Positions 1-13,791 of a DNA stretch of 64,000 bases are shown one piece after another (positions within the stretch are counted from its first letter, which is position 1; each line of letters begins with the position of its first letter). A program made the position numbers and the translations under genes. The DNA lies in contig NC_043000.1 in the NCBI RefSeq assembly GCF_006345805.1, positions 41,974,001 to 42,038,000 of the forward strand, in the 5' to 3' direction. The stretch is from Octopus sinensis (lineage: Eukaryota). The notes below the pieces were generated by a model. That model saw only the letters and a list, made by a program, of their open reading frames with translations, had not been told where the DNA came from and made no database searches.

Positions 1-6
1 AGATAA

Positions 7-220
7 GGCGGCAAGCCGGCAGAATCGTCACCGTGCCAGGTAAAATGCTTAACAGCATTTTGTCCAACTTTACGTTCTGAGTTCATATTCTGTCGAGATA
101 GACTTTGTCTTTCATTCATTTCGTGGTCGATAAAATAAGAACTAGTTGAGTACTGGGGTCAATGTAATGGACTTAACCCCTCCCCCGAAATTGCTGGCCT
201 TGTGCCAAAATATGAAACCA
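7..220 (+). mobile_element. tRNA-derived SINE family A (GGCGGCGAGCTGGCAGAATCGTTAG... head)
   Basis: A-box-like tggcagaatcgtt, B-box-like gttca(a)attc, core gtcgactttgcctttcatcctttcggggtcgataaa. About 20 copies across the window. Confidence 0.85.
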
Positions 221-289
221 ATATTTCCGACAGGTTCGAATGTGAATATGTTAATCCCATCGAATCTTTCTTTTTGTTTTTTTTTTGTT

Positions 290-1050
290 GCTCACAGAGT
301 TATATTGTTTTAAAAATTTTGTTCCAATTGCTTTCAAATTTAGTGTAGCGATTTAGTTATCTATGCCAATTATAAAAATGAGATACATTTTTTGCCATAA
401 AATAATAAATTTAAAATTAATAGCTTTTAAAGTCTGAAAATTTTAGGTAATTTAAGCCAGTCGAAAGCTACAGACACATTGGGGCCTGTTTCCATGATAA
501 CTAGCGAAGCTATAGTTTGCTTTCCGAAACACCATCACCACCACGCGTATTTTCTTTGACGACGAGTCAAACGCCAATCCTAACCCTAACCTTAAGCTCT
601 ATGCCTAACCCCAAACCGTTACCCTAAAGTTTAACCCTTAACCTTCACCCTAAACGTTAACCCTAAACTCTGACACTGGCCTTTAACTATAACCCTAAAC
701 CGCCAAAACATTTCGTAGAAGATTTTTTTCCATTTTAACTGTTTAGATGCCTGTTCGATCGTTTCTTGTGACTGTTCACTAAAACTTATCAAAACTCTTT
801 ATAACTTTCGTCATCGTAATGATTTTGCTTTTATTTTGTGATAAACAGATATCACGAAGAAAATGCCAGCTTTCAAATCCTGTTTTCTGATTCGGTAAAA
901 ATCATCAAATTTTAAACCCTTGTAACATTATTCTAAATTTTTTTCTAGAATAAACAAAACACAAATCAGATTCTGCGTGAAAAATTTCATCAATGTACCA
1001 AATTTGAAAATTTTCACTTAATTTTAACATTTCAAAACCTGTGACAGTAA
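290..1050. repeat. AT-rich repeat, probably non-autonomous, containing degenerate (CCCTAA)n at 580-700
   Basis: Run of cctaac/ccctaa variants embedded in complex sequence; class not determinable. Confidence 0.3.
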
Positions 1051-1259
1051 CAGAAAAGATCCAATTTATAGGAAAACACCTTCTCTATTTTACGATGTCA
1101 ATGTGGTCATCATACTGATGATTTCTTGTAACGTACACAACAGCGATTAGCATGTATTATGTTCGAATCCGCCAGAATGTATAAAAAGAAAATATGCAAG
1201 TCATCGTTTACTCTTTCTTTTTCTCACTCACTCTCTCTTTCTTTCTTATTTTCTTTATT

Positions 1260-2274
<1,015 letters not shown>

Positions 2275-2320
2275 ACATATTTATATATATATATAAAAAT
2301 ATATGTATATGTATATATAT

Positions 2321-3487
2321 GGTGTCCGGTCAATTCGTCGATGGCAATTTGTCGTCGTCTAATTTGTCCCCAGATCAATTCGTCGTCAATCAGTTTGTTG
2401 AGATTATAGGAAAAGTGGAGGACGAATATCTTATTTTTAGGTTTGCTATATTACATGTTTTAATTATTTTCTTAAAATTTTAGAACACTTGCAATTGCTT
2501 AAAATTTTTTTTTTTTTTTTGCTTGGATCGTATTTTTCCATGACATTTTTTATACGGAGGTATTTTTTATTTTGGCTTGGTTCTTCTCCTTGCATAAATT
2601 TCTGCAATTTGGTATTGAAAAACCTTTCTTCACATTTAATCACATCAATAAGTTTTCAAATATTTGGATGACTAATATTCAGTATTTTTCAGCGCGCTGT
2701 GGTAGCCTTTTAAAGTATTTGTAGTAGGGGCAATCCTCATCGTACATCGATCTCAGACATTCCATGTAGGTAATGGAAATGGAGGTTCAAGATGTTGCCT
2801 CCTCTGTCCTCTTCCTCTAGGTGATCCTATTTAATTATTTTCAAAATAGTTTTTGTGCTGTTTTAACTGTCGAAGTGCTTCGTCACTTGCAATATTAATA
2901 TTCGTTTAGAATCTCCCATCTCCCTGTCATACTGTAAAATCTTTTCATCACTGTCAAGGTAGGAGCATTCACTTGGAATGGAAAACCCAACATTTGTAAG
3001 TGGGATGGCAGGTTAGTCGGAACCAGCTTGCCTCCAGCATCTAATATTATAATTAAAATGTGCAAACGGAGGTATTTGCGACAATGTACAGTCGTTTAAA
3101 TTCTGAATTTCACAAGCGATGATTGAGCGAGGGGCATCACGAGAAGAAATAGACTTTTTTTTAGTATTTGAAACTATTATCCTTGCAGCAGTTGAAGCGT
3201 GATTATGGATCCTAGTCTTCTTAAGCTCTTTATAATTTTCATCTGTATGAAGTCTCGCTTAGCACATATGATTTTCGCACCTCCAGTATATCATCAATCC
3301 ATCTGCATTATGCTTATTTTTTTGTGCATATATATTTTTTTTTTTGATCGACCACTTGATTTTTTCCTTTCTCTGAAGTTATGATCTTGCAAGGTAGTCA
3401 TGTTGATGAGTAGGCGTATTGAATAAATTTAATTCGAATAGCTTGATAATCTTTGTTCGTAAACTGTTCAGCGCAGATACTTAGGAA

Positions 3488-3533
<46 letters not shown>

Positions 3534-3743
3534 CGGGAGATTAAAGAAAGGAAAAAAATGCCTAAAACTGTCCATCGACAATTTTAATTCTAAATTGATT
3601 GTTCTAAACTTTCCCTCGAAAATCAAATTTAAGAACAAATTAGCCAGCGACGAATTGACCTGGAGGATGAATTGATCAACGATGAACTGACCGAGAACAA
3701 ATTAACCCACGACGAAATAACCGGGGACGAATTGTCCTAGCGC
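2321..3743 (-). mobile_element. Mutator-like (Phantom-type) DNA transposon relic with FLYWCH finger and foldback-like termini
   Basis: Inverted arrays of caattcgtc/gacgaattg repeats at both ends. Minus-strand remnants: YAQKNKHNADGLMIYWRCENHMC*ARLHT...HNH (FLYWCH), KILQYDREMGDSKRILI(F)ASDEALRQL, PPFPLPTWNV and SHPNI*KLIDVIKCE. The DDE core is deleted. Confidence 0.8.
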
Positions 3744-3942
3744 ACACACACAAACACACACACACACACACACACATACACACAAACACATGTATATATG
3801 TATGTATGTATGTATAATATGTCTATGTATGTATGTATGTATGTATGTATGTATGTATGTATGTATGTATGTATGTATGTATGTATGCATGTATGTATGC
3901 ATGTATATGCGCGCGTGCGAGCGTGTGTGTGTGTGTGTGTCG

Positions 3943-4130
3943 AGAGCGCATGGTTTAACGGTTGGAATGTACTCATGACCACAAGATCGTGGTTTCAATT
4001 CCTGGACTGTTGTGTTCTTGAGCAAAACTTTTCATCTCACATTGCTCTGCGATCACTTCGATACCCGATGTATGGTACCACCGTGCATCTGTTCAGGCAA
4101 ATCGATTTGATGGAGGTAGCGAGCTAATAT
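3943..4130 (+). mobile_element. tRNA-derived SINE family F (C-like head, different 3' part)
   Basis: A/B-box-like head plus ttgtgttcttgagcaa; 3' part shared with 59358-59620 (ctgttcagg...gatttgatggaggtag). Confidence 0.65.
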
Positions 4131-4889
4131 ATAGATAGCATATATGCAATAAGAAATTCTATTCAGCTGTTTCGTTATGTATACATTTAGAATTTACCAT
4201 TTTCATATAATAAAGTGATCATACTTTTGTTTTGTTTTTTAATTGTTTTAGCATTTTTTTACGAGTGCATTTCTTTTTATGATATGAAACCAATGACAAC
4301 ATTAATTTTGTGATATGAGATTTCACGTTACTGCAAGATATTCAGCGGGTTGTTATTTCTTAAGCACAAGAAATTTTCTGTACTTCCAAATTCTTCATCT
4401 CCCCCCCCCCCCCGTATTCTTTCTCTCTCACATATTTCCGTATCTTTCTGATTCTCGACTCAAAGAAAAGCAAACATGCTGTTCACTCTGTATCTACATT
4501 TCTCTCTCCCCTCTTCTCCACACACTCTCTCTCTTTCTCTCTTTGATGTCCCCCCTCTCATTCGCTTTAAATTCTTCTTTGCCTTATTCTTTTTATCTCT
4601 TTCTTCTCTTTCTCTTCTCTCTCCTCCATTCACTTCATATTCCTTTTTCCTTTAATCCTTGTATCTCTGCGAATCACTTTCTTTCTCAATTATCTCCTCT
4701 CTCTCTCTCTCACTCTCTCTTCTTCTTCTTCTTTCTTCTTCTTCTTCTTCTTCTTCTTCTTCTTCTTCTTCTTCTTCTTCTTCTCCTTTTCTCCTGCGAA
4801 AACGAGACGACTAAAATCACTACCTCACTGTAATCCTGCATTAATGTCTCATTTGGGCAACTCTACACAACTTTAATATAAAAGAATTA

Positions 4890-4920
<31 letters not shown>

Positions 4921-4965
4921 CCTTTATTTACACCGTTCTATGACTGACTCTCCAGACATACTTTT

Positions 4966-5367
4966 CTCTTTACTCTTTTACTTGTTTCAGTCATTTGACT
5001 GTGGCCATGCTGGAGCACCGCCTTTAGTCGAGCAAATCAACCTCAGGACTTATTCTTTGGAAGCCTAGTACTTATTCTATCGGTCTCTTTTGCCGAACCG
5101 CTAAGTGACGGGTACGTAAACACACCAGCATCGGTTGTCAAGCGATGTTGGGGAGACAAACACAGACACACACACATATATACACACATACATATGTATA
5201 CACATATATACGACGGGCTTCTTTCAGTTTCCTTCTACCAAATCCACTCACAAGGCTTTGGTTGGCCCGAAGCTAAAGTAGAAGACACTTGCCCAAGGTG
5301 CCACGCAGTGTGACTGAACCTGGAACCATGTGGTTCGTAAGCAAGCTACTTACTATACAGCCACTCA
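4966..5367 (-). mobile_element. tRNA-derived SINE family B (CORE-like; internal CA/TA microsatellite; AAAAGAGT tail)
   Basis: Full-length copy: head gagtggctgt(g)tggtaag, gtggcaccttgggcaagtgtctt, internal microsatellite, tail. Confidence 0.9.
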
Positions 5368-7044
5368 GTCAACTGAAGAAGGCAAATTTCCACTTACTTT
5401 CTATTTTTCCCTATTAGTCACGCTTTTTTACTTTCATCTAAACCACCTCTTTAACTGCTATCACAGATCGATCTCTCTGTGTGATCATTCAACCTGCTAG
5501 AAGCAGAAACCAAATTTCTATCAAATTACACCCTACCACCTTTAAAAAAGTGGTACAATGGATAGCGCCGTCCTAGGCATACATATGCTTAAAAAGCACG
5601 TGATGGTCATGACTGGGATATCTGACATGACATCCAATGAATATCAGCTCATCCCTGGTATCCCATTCATGGTGTTAAACAGCAACCACTCGCTTAGAAA
5701 GTTTCTAGATATAGGAGCCAAATCTGCTTGTAGGATACATTCAGTGATGAATTCTTACGTACACTAATTTGGATGTTGAAGGCATGATTGCACTATGAAA
5801 AATATAGAATAGAAGTTGTTCAGGAGCTAAACAATAACCACCCTGATCTCTCTTCCTCCTCTCTGCCCTCTCTCGTTATCATATATCTCCACTCCCATCC
5901 CGATTTAACTCTTTCTCTCTCTCTCTTGTCTCTTTTAGTTACATTCACTTCTCTTTACGTAGTGTTCATCTCTTACACGCTTGTATACTCTTTCTAACCA
6001 TCTTATGTCACCTAGTTTCATCGCTTTGTTGTTCTTGGAAATAGAAACAGTGTTTCCCTTCTGTTTATTAATCTGACTGCCTGTCTCTGTCCTTCTGTCC
6101 CTCTGTCTGTCTCTCTTCCTCTCTCCCTCTCTCCCTCTCTCTCCCTCTCTTCTTTATCCCCGTGTCGTCTCATAATACATTAAATTGAAGAAACCAGATG
6201 ACTTCTTTCACCTCTCTACGTCTTTAATTAGTCTCACTCTTTCTTGCTTCTCCTCTGAGTCAATTCTCAGCATCCACTAGAAAATTCATTCTGACTCCGT
6301 TTTCACGCTTATCCCCACTTCTCGCTCTTCTCTTTTTTCTATCTCCATCTTTCTTTCATATACATCTCTCTCACTTCCTTCTTTTGTTTTCTTTACTATC
6401 TCTCCTTTTCTCTCTCCAATGTAACAAAATTTTATTAAAATTTTTTTTTTATTTTAGTCTGTAAGTGTTATTTTCTATTCGCTTCTATCTAGAAATCAAA
6501 GGAAGCGACTAATAGTACCTTCAAACTTTGCTTTTGTGACACGGACATCAATGTTTTGAAACTGACTTATTTTCCATTTCATTTCAAACCGATTCATTGC
6601 TGAATTGCTGATGCAGAAATATCGTTATTACAAATATACTACTCAATACCACAGATTTGCTTATCATCAGTTGCTTGACCTTAAATACTTGAGAATATCC
6701 CTTAGTGACTGACAGCATGGGTATCTCTGATCATGAGTAGGAGTAGTGGAGGAGCATCATATCCATCTGCTGAAAGAAATTATTTCAGGTTTGAATAAAT
6801 GTAACAAAAGCAAAGTTTGAAGGAAATATTAGCCATACCTTCCACGGGTAAGCAAATAGGAAATAACAATTGTTACTCAAGGAAAAAAATCGTGTTACAC
6901 AATGCTATTTAAGACTCGCTACGTAATAATTACAAACCTATTAAGCCACTTATAGAAATTAGAGAATCTCGGCTTATACTCGCTCAACTACACCTTAACC
7001 ACAATGCTATTCCTTTCTTCTTGCCTCACACACCCTTTTACTCC

Positions 7045-7053
7045 ATCTATCTC

Positions 7054-7123
<70 letters not shown>
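7045..7123. repeat. (ATCT)n microsatellite
   Basis: Direct reading. Confidence 0.95.
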
Positions 7124-7125
<2 letters not shown>

Positions 7126-7434
7126 ACCGTCTACATTTATATCTTATCCATCTCACACACACGCCTTAAAAGCACTAAGCATACGCATACCATCAATATA
7201 GGAGTATTGGCACCCCTATCACTACCAACTGTATAGAACGTCTACTTAAAGTACACGCTCACACACGCAAACACACACACACACACCACACACACACATA
7301 CAAGCACATACACATACATACATACATACAATGACTATATTCATAAATTGATACTTATTCATTCTATACATACATATAAATACACACGCATATATGTGTG
7401 GATGTACACACCCAATACACCCATATACATATCT

Positions 7435-7445
7435 CTATATATAAT

Positions 7446-7519
<74 letters not shown>

Positions 7520-7542
7520 ATAACATATACATATACATATAT

Positions 7543-7610
<68 letters not shown>

Positions 7611-7680
7611 ATATATGCATATATATATATATATATGTATATTCATATGTAGAAACTATATATATCATATATACATATAT
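7435..7680. repeat. long imperfect (TA)n microsatellite
   Basis: Direct reading. Confidence 0.95.
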
Positions 7681-9941
7681 GTGTGTGTACGTACACACAC
7701 ACACACAAGCGAAAAGAAAGGGATCACATAACAATTAAAAGGGTATCGTTTTACATTTGATAGGCTGTCGGCTGCCGAAAGGGACCTGTTATCATTTGTT
7801 ATCAATATGTTATCAGATGTTATCGTGACATGACAATATGGCACTTACTATTGTGTACGCACAAACTGGACGTGAAGGGAAACGGAGACATAGTTCAGTT
7901 GAGACGGATATTGTCTTTGTCTATCTCCCAGTATGTATGAAGATGGCGCAAACTCAAAGACACACGCACAAATATATATATACACACGTTGACACAAACA
8001 TACTAACTGAAACACATACACACCACAGATGTGCGCTAGTGAACATGTGTGTTCGCGTGAGTGCGCATGCGTGTGTGTATATATGAGAGAATACGTGCAT
8101 AATTATATATGTATGGTTGTAGTATACAAATTGCGTGCGTATGTATGCAAGTAAGCATGAATATATATGTGTGTGTGTGTGTATATGTGTGTGTGTAATG
8201 TGTGTGTATGTGTCTGTCTGTATGTATGTATGTATGTATGTATGTATGTATGTATGTATATATGTATGTATGTTTGCATGTATGTATGTTTCTTTTGTGA
8301 GATTTGGTTTTTCTTTCTTTCGCCGAATTCAAACCGGTCACTAACGAAGCGACAAGCTTCTTTTGTTTAAGTAAAGACAGCTTCTTTTTAGGTTTGTGCA
8401 TATATGTATATGCACACATGTGTGCATATATATGTGTGTGTATGTGTGTGTGTGCGTGCGTGCGTTCGTGTGTGCGTGTATGTGTGTATGTGTGTGTACG
8501 CGCGCATATGTATTTGTTATGCGACGAGTTGCCAGAATCGTTAGCATGTTCTGCATTCGAAACCCACCCAGGTCAACTTTGCTTATCATCCCATCGGAAT
8601 CAATAAATTGAAGCGCCAGTTAAGTACTAACGTCCGTGGTAGCGGTAAATCTATTGACTTACCGCTGCCATCTCCTCACTGAAACTTACTGGTCTTGAAT
8701 CCTTTGCAGTAGAACCGGCTTCCTGGTTAGAGAGAATGTTGTTTTATTCTCGGTCTCTTAATGGGGACTAGGTAACTGAACTTATGAATCCCAGAACTCG
8801 AGAAAAGTCAATGTGCTTGTGGGATAACCTTTCACACGTGGGTGTGCATATCACTTCAATAATTAAATGTGTGTGCTCATTGCTGCTTATGTGTGTGTGC
8901 ATTTTCACGTGCACATGAGGGTATGTCTATATTCAGCTCAGAATCATCAGATGAAGAATCTTTGGAATGTTTTATGAATTTTCACTGTATCACTAATCCG
9001 TTTTGTTTGGGAAAAGTGAATCGATGTGTTCTTCCTTCTATTTTCTGTTTTTTCCTTTTCTGTGTGCCTCCACATTTCTAGTCTTCGATGCGAGTCTACT
9101 GTCCTTGCTAGCTCTGGGCACCTGTGATAATAGTATACAAAGAAATATCTATAACCTGGATTTTAGATGTAAGATTTTTGTATTAATTTCCCATGGTTGT
9201 TCTCTTCCCCAATTTTTGACTTGGCATTCACACATGCCTGGAAGTTACTTTCTATAACAGAATCTACTTTTGCTCCCAATCTTGTATAATTCCTGGCCTG
9301 TTGTGCTTCCACTGAACTGCTATTTTCATTGTAATGTTCCACATGTATTTTTATATTTTTAAAGGTGCAGATATATGCTGATTCTGGGGTGGTTTTGCCA
9401 TTAAGACCACTCTTCCAGCATATAAAATCATAGACTGTTTTGGTGACAACTCCATGTCTCATAGGAACATAATATCCTACAGTGGCATGTTTTGATATCT
9501 GATATGGGTGATATTTCTATGTATGTATGTATGTATGTATGTATGTATGTATGTATGTATGTATGTATGTATTCATGTATGCTTTCTTCTCTTTGTAATT
9601 GCTTGAAGAGTTACCCTGCAAGAAGGAGCTAGTTTCTGACAAAGATACAAGAGTTCCATCGCTGGAATGTAGACAAAATGTAAATAAAGCTACATTTTGA
9701 ACTTGAGAAAAGTTTTCCATATTTTTACAGTTCCGCTTACAGATTGTATTAGTAATGTACATGTTAGCTATTTGATTCCTTTTCCTGACAACCCCAGCGT
9801 TTTCATTTGGTCCTTTACTCACAAAACAAAACGCACCAATTGTTTTTTGGTATAAATGTAAATTTATATTCTGTATTTAGAAGCATACATACATATAGCC
9901 ATATATGCCACGCATTCATACTTACATTAAAAAATGCATAC

Positions 9942-9944
<3 letters not shown>

Positions 9945-9974
<30 letters not shown>

Positions 9975-10057
9975 TGTATGTATGTATGTATGTATGTATG
10001 TATGTATGTATGTATGTATGTATGTATGTATGTATGTATGTATGTATGTATGTATGT
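9945..10057. repeat. (TATG)n microsatellite (further tracts at 3790-3890, 8220-8265, 9518-9570, 10185-10265)
   Basis: Direct reading. Confidence 0.95.
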
Positions 10058-10180
10058 GTGCAGATTTGTATGTTTTGTTTTATGTATATATTCTCATGCA
10101 CATAAATTTGCATGTCCAGACATGCTCATCTATACTTAAATGATAAACTTCAGGAAAGTTTTATAGATTTTTACAGTTCC

Positions 10181-10211
<31 letters not shown>

Positions 10212-10910
10212 TGTATGTATGTATGTATGTATGTATGTATGTATGTATGTATGTACGTATGTATGTATGCATGCATACTTGTTAATATTTATTTACGACA
10301 ACGTTGTCAAAAGAAATATTAAAAAGAAGCTTAATTTGCCAAGAATATGAACTAAAATTTGTTGAAAATGTAAAATTGAAGCTTGTAAAAGATTTAAAAT
10401 ATGAAAGTATTTTCAACATGAATATCCCAAATGTAATACCTGTTTTAGATATTTTCATAGATATTTTCCAAATATTAGTATATGCGTTTCAAAACTACGC
10501 TATTCTTCAGTTATTTGGGCGTGAAAATTATTTTCATTTGCATTTCAGAGTTATGGTTCATGCATTATTCTTGTTTGTATTATTTACAAATTTAAAAATA
10601 CAGTATAAGCATTACATATGAGAATAATTCTTCGTGCAAATATTTTAAAGGGACTTAATAAAATAGGATACTTTAACTGTAAAATGTTAATACACATGCA
10701 TAAAGTCATGAGCGCGCGAACACACAAATTATGGATTCACTATGCAACATCGGAGTGAAACATCAACTGATTCTTAACAAATATAAACTCTACACCAATT
10801 ATTGAGTACTTTCCTTTCCGTCATTTATAAACAAAAGGATACATACATGTATGCATACACACACATACATATACACACATATATGTGTATGCATTTATAT
10901 ATATATGAAA

Positions 10911-11168
10911 AGACCCCCTTCGGTCATGAATGACCATGGGATTGCACCTAGAAAGTTACCTTCCGAGGCACAAGTCCGGGCAAGATTGTTTATGGAAGGC
11001 CAATAGTCGTCCATGCATACCAGCCTCCCCTCTCCACACCACTGATGTTATCCAAAGCGTATGGCTCAGTGGTTAGAGCGCCGAGCGTACGATCGTGAAG
11101 TTGTGAGTTCGATTCCCAGACCGGGCTGCGTGTTATGTTCTTGAGCAAGACACTTTATTTCACGTTGC
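10911..11168 (-). mobile_element. SINE family C copy with inverted 5' segment
   Basis: 3' half on the minus strand (10911-11056) abuts the head on the plus strand (11057-11168). About 70 nt is missing relative to the intact copy at 14525-14867. Confidence 0.8.
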
Positions 11169-11169
11169 G

Positions 11170-11870
11170 CCGTGTTTCGAGTCTGTAGTTTTGTAAAATA
11201 TGTCAGTTTCTATTATTTTTATTTACTTTTTTGATTAGTATATCTAGAAATGGGAGTCCCTTTTTGTTGTATTCTATTGTGAATTGCATATTTGTATTTC
11301 TGTTATTGAGAAGTCTTTTGAATTCCAAAAGTTTCTACATGTTCACATTCCATAGAATGAAACAATCATCCAAATATCTTTTTCAATTTTCCTTTATATA
11401 TTGGATAAGGAGATTTCCGAATTCTATGAGTGACTTCTGATATACTTTTAGTTCCAAATAGCCCATTGTCAGGTTTGCAAGAACGAAGTCTGCTTTGGTT
11501 CCCATCGCCACTCCAAATTTTTGTCGATATTGAATGATTTCAAACATGAAATGATTTTGCTGGAGAATGAATTTTAATGATTTAATTATGAACTCTTTGC
11601 TAATACGTTCCGGTATTTCATTGGATATTTTTTTCAGCCAGAACTGAGTTGCTTCTAATCCGTAATTATGGGACAGGTATTACAGGTTTACAACATCAAA
11701 GGAGACCATATGTTTTTTCCTTTACTCTCTAATGTAAGTTTTAATGTATTTTAGATGTTTTCAAGAGGGTGTCAATGAAGTAACTCAGTTTCATAGGATG
11801 GTCCAGCTATAATGGGCCTTAGTTTGAGGTCTCCTGGTGTTGGTATATAAATAATATTTATCTACACAAA
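11170..11870 (-). mobile_element. Penelope-like element reverse transcriptase fragment (pseudogenised)
   Basis: Minus-strand remnants: LKLRPIIAGP, MVSFDVVNL, YRQKFGVAMGTK, (W)KRYLDDCFILW, FTIEYNKKGLPFLDILI, IETDIFYKTTDSKH. Stops and frameshifts are present. Confidence 0.88.
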
Positions 11871-12187
11871 CAGGATTTCTGTATTTTTTAACCTTAAATC
11901 TCCCTTCGAATTTTTCACCTATATATATACATATATACACACACATAAATACAGTGAGAATTTACAAAAAAAAAAAAGATGAAGACAGGTGTGTAAAGGG
12001 GGTGTAAACAATAAACATGTATTAGTTTAATGCTCGGGAATTGAGAAAGTATTTTACGTTTCGAGCCTACGCTCTTCAACAGAAAGGAACACAGAAATAA
12101 ACAGGGAGAGAAAATAGAAAAAGGTTTTGTGGATAGCAATCTATCATGGCGAAAATATATATCTATATGTATACATACATATCTATG

Positions 12188-12237
<50 letters not shown>

Positions 12238-12273
12238 CACTCGCACATATAGCATACATAATTATATTAATAT

Positions 12274-12314
<41 letters not shown>

Positions 12315-12811
12315 CATACATACATGCACATACATACATGCACATACATACGCATATACATATATACATAGACATATACATGTACACATACACACATACA
12401 CATACATACATACATACATACATACATACATACATACATACATACATACATACATGCATGCATACATACAAACATGCCGGCATACAAACTTAGATGCATA
12501 CATACATAGAACCATACATACATATATACATACTTACACTTGATCGCTACGTTTCTTTACGCCAAAATGGACACGCTCACCTTTGTGGCCGCACGTGTGC
12601 TTAATCTAATTGCGTGACTGCGCAAATCTATACGGATTTCTTTTGTCTTCATTTGATCTTCTTTTGGTGCAATTTTCTTGGTGGGTGCAACCTCAAATAT
12701 GATACCACCAGCAACCTTCCACACACAGGCACACAGACATAGACACAGACACAAACACATGTACCGACATACAAGCGTTGGTATATAAATTAACTATTAA
12801 CTACTTGGCAT

Positions 12812-12842
<31 letters not shown>

Positions 12843-13522
12843 TATAACTACACATAAACATACACGTACAACTATATACACTCACTCAAATTATACACAC
12901 ACATATACAGAGACCCACATACAGACATATACAGAAGCTAACATACACACAGACATACAGACACACGCACATATACATACATACATACATACATACATAC
13001 ATACATGCATACATACATACATACATACATACATACATACATACATACATGCATGCATACGTAGATACATTCATACATACATATATACACACATAAACAT
13101 ACACACGCACACACATTCACACATGTACAGATATATTCGCGCTACTATATAAATTCACCATTAACTGCCTCGCACACATACACATAACCAAACATATTCA
13201 TACACATACAAACATAAAGGTTCACACACAAACATATACAGAAGCTAATATATATAAACTCACACAAAGACGTTTACACACACACACACACGCGCACGCA
13301 CGTACACAAACATACACACACACGCACAACCATATCCAGGCACACACACATGATATCAACCAGCTAAAGCAGATACACGAACACGTACAGACACATACGT
13401 ATACATAAAAAGACATTTCAACAATCACTTAAATAAGCCCATGTACATATCCACAAATGCAGAAAACATTACTATGTTATCAATATAACATGCTTAACGC
13501 ATGTGTATAGTTGCTAAGCTAC

Positions 13523-13791
13523 AAGCTGTGGTTTTCGTTCGGAAAAAATCCCTTTATAGACGTATTGAGTTAGTGTATAGTTTTATCACAATCTCTGTTT
13601 ACACCAAACTAGCTGATACGATTTTGTTTCAAGTACGGGACATTGAGAAGCTGCAGTAACTGTGAAATACGTATCTGTCGCTCTCGCAGTCACTTCTAGA
13701 TAGATTTCATTTCGCCTAGCTCTGAAGTACATTGTATTTTTAAGACAACACGTCTATAAAGGGATTGTTTTCCAAACGAATACCGCAACTT
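13523..13791. mobile_element. MITE-like element with ~46-bp imperfect terminal inverted repeats
   Basis: aagctgtggttttcgttcggaaaaaatccctttatagacgtattg versus the reverse complement of caacacgtctataaagggattgttttccaaacgaataccgcaactt; no clear TSD. Confidence 0.6.

Noticed and set aside
8940-9822. ORFs at 9163-9462 and 9517-9822 (minus)
   Set aside because: No recognisable domain and no consistent splice sites; split by (TATG)n. Probably decayed TE.
10304-10621. 105-aa AT-rich ORF
   Set aside because: No motif recognised; an open frame of this length can occur by chance in AT-rich repeat sequence.
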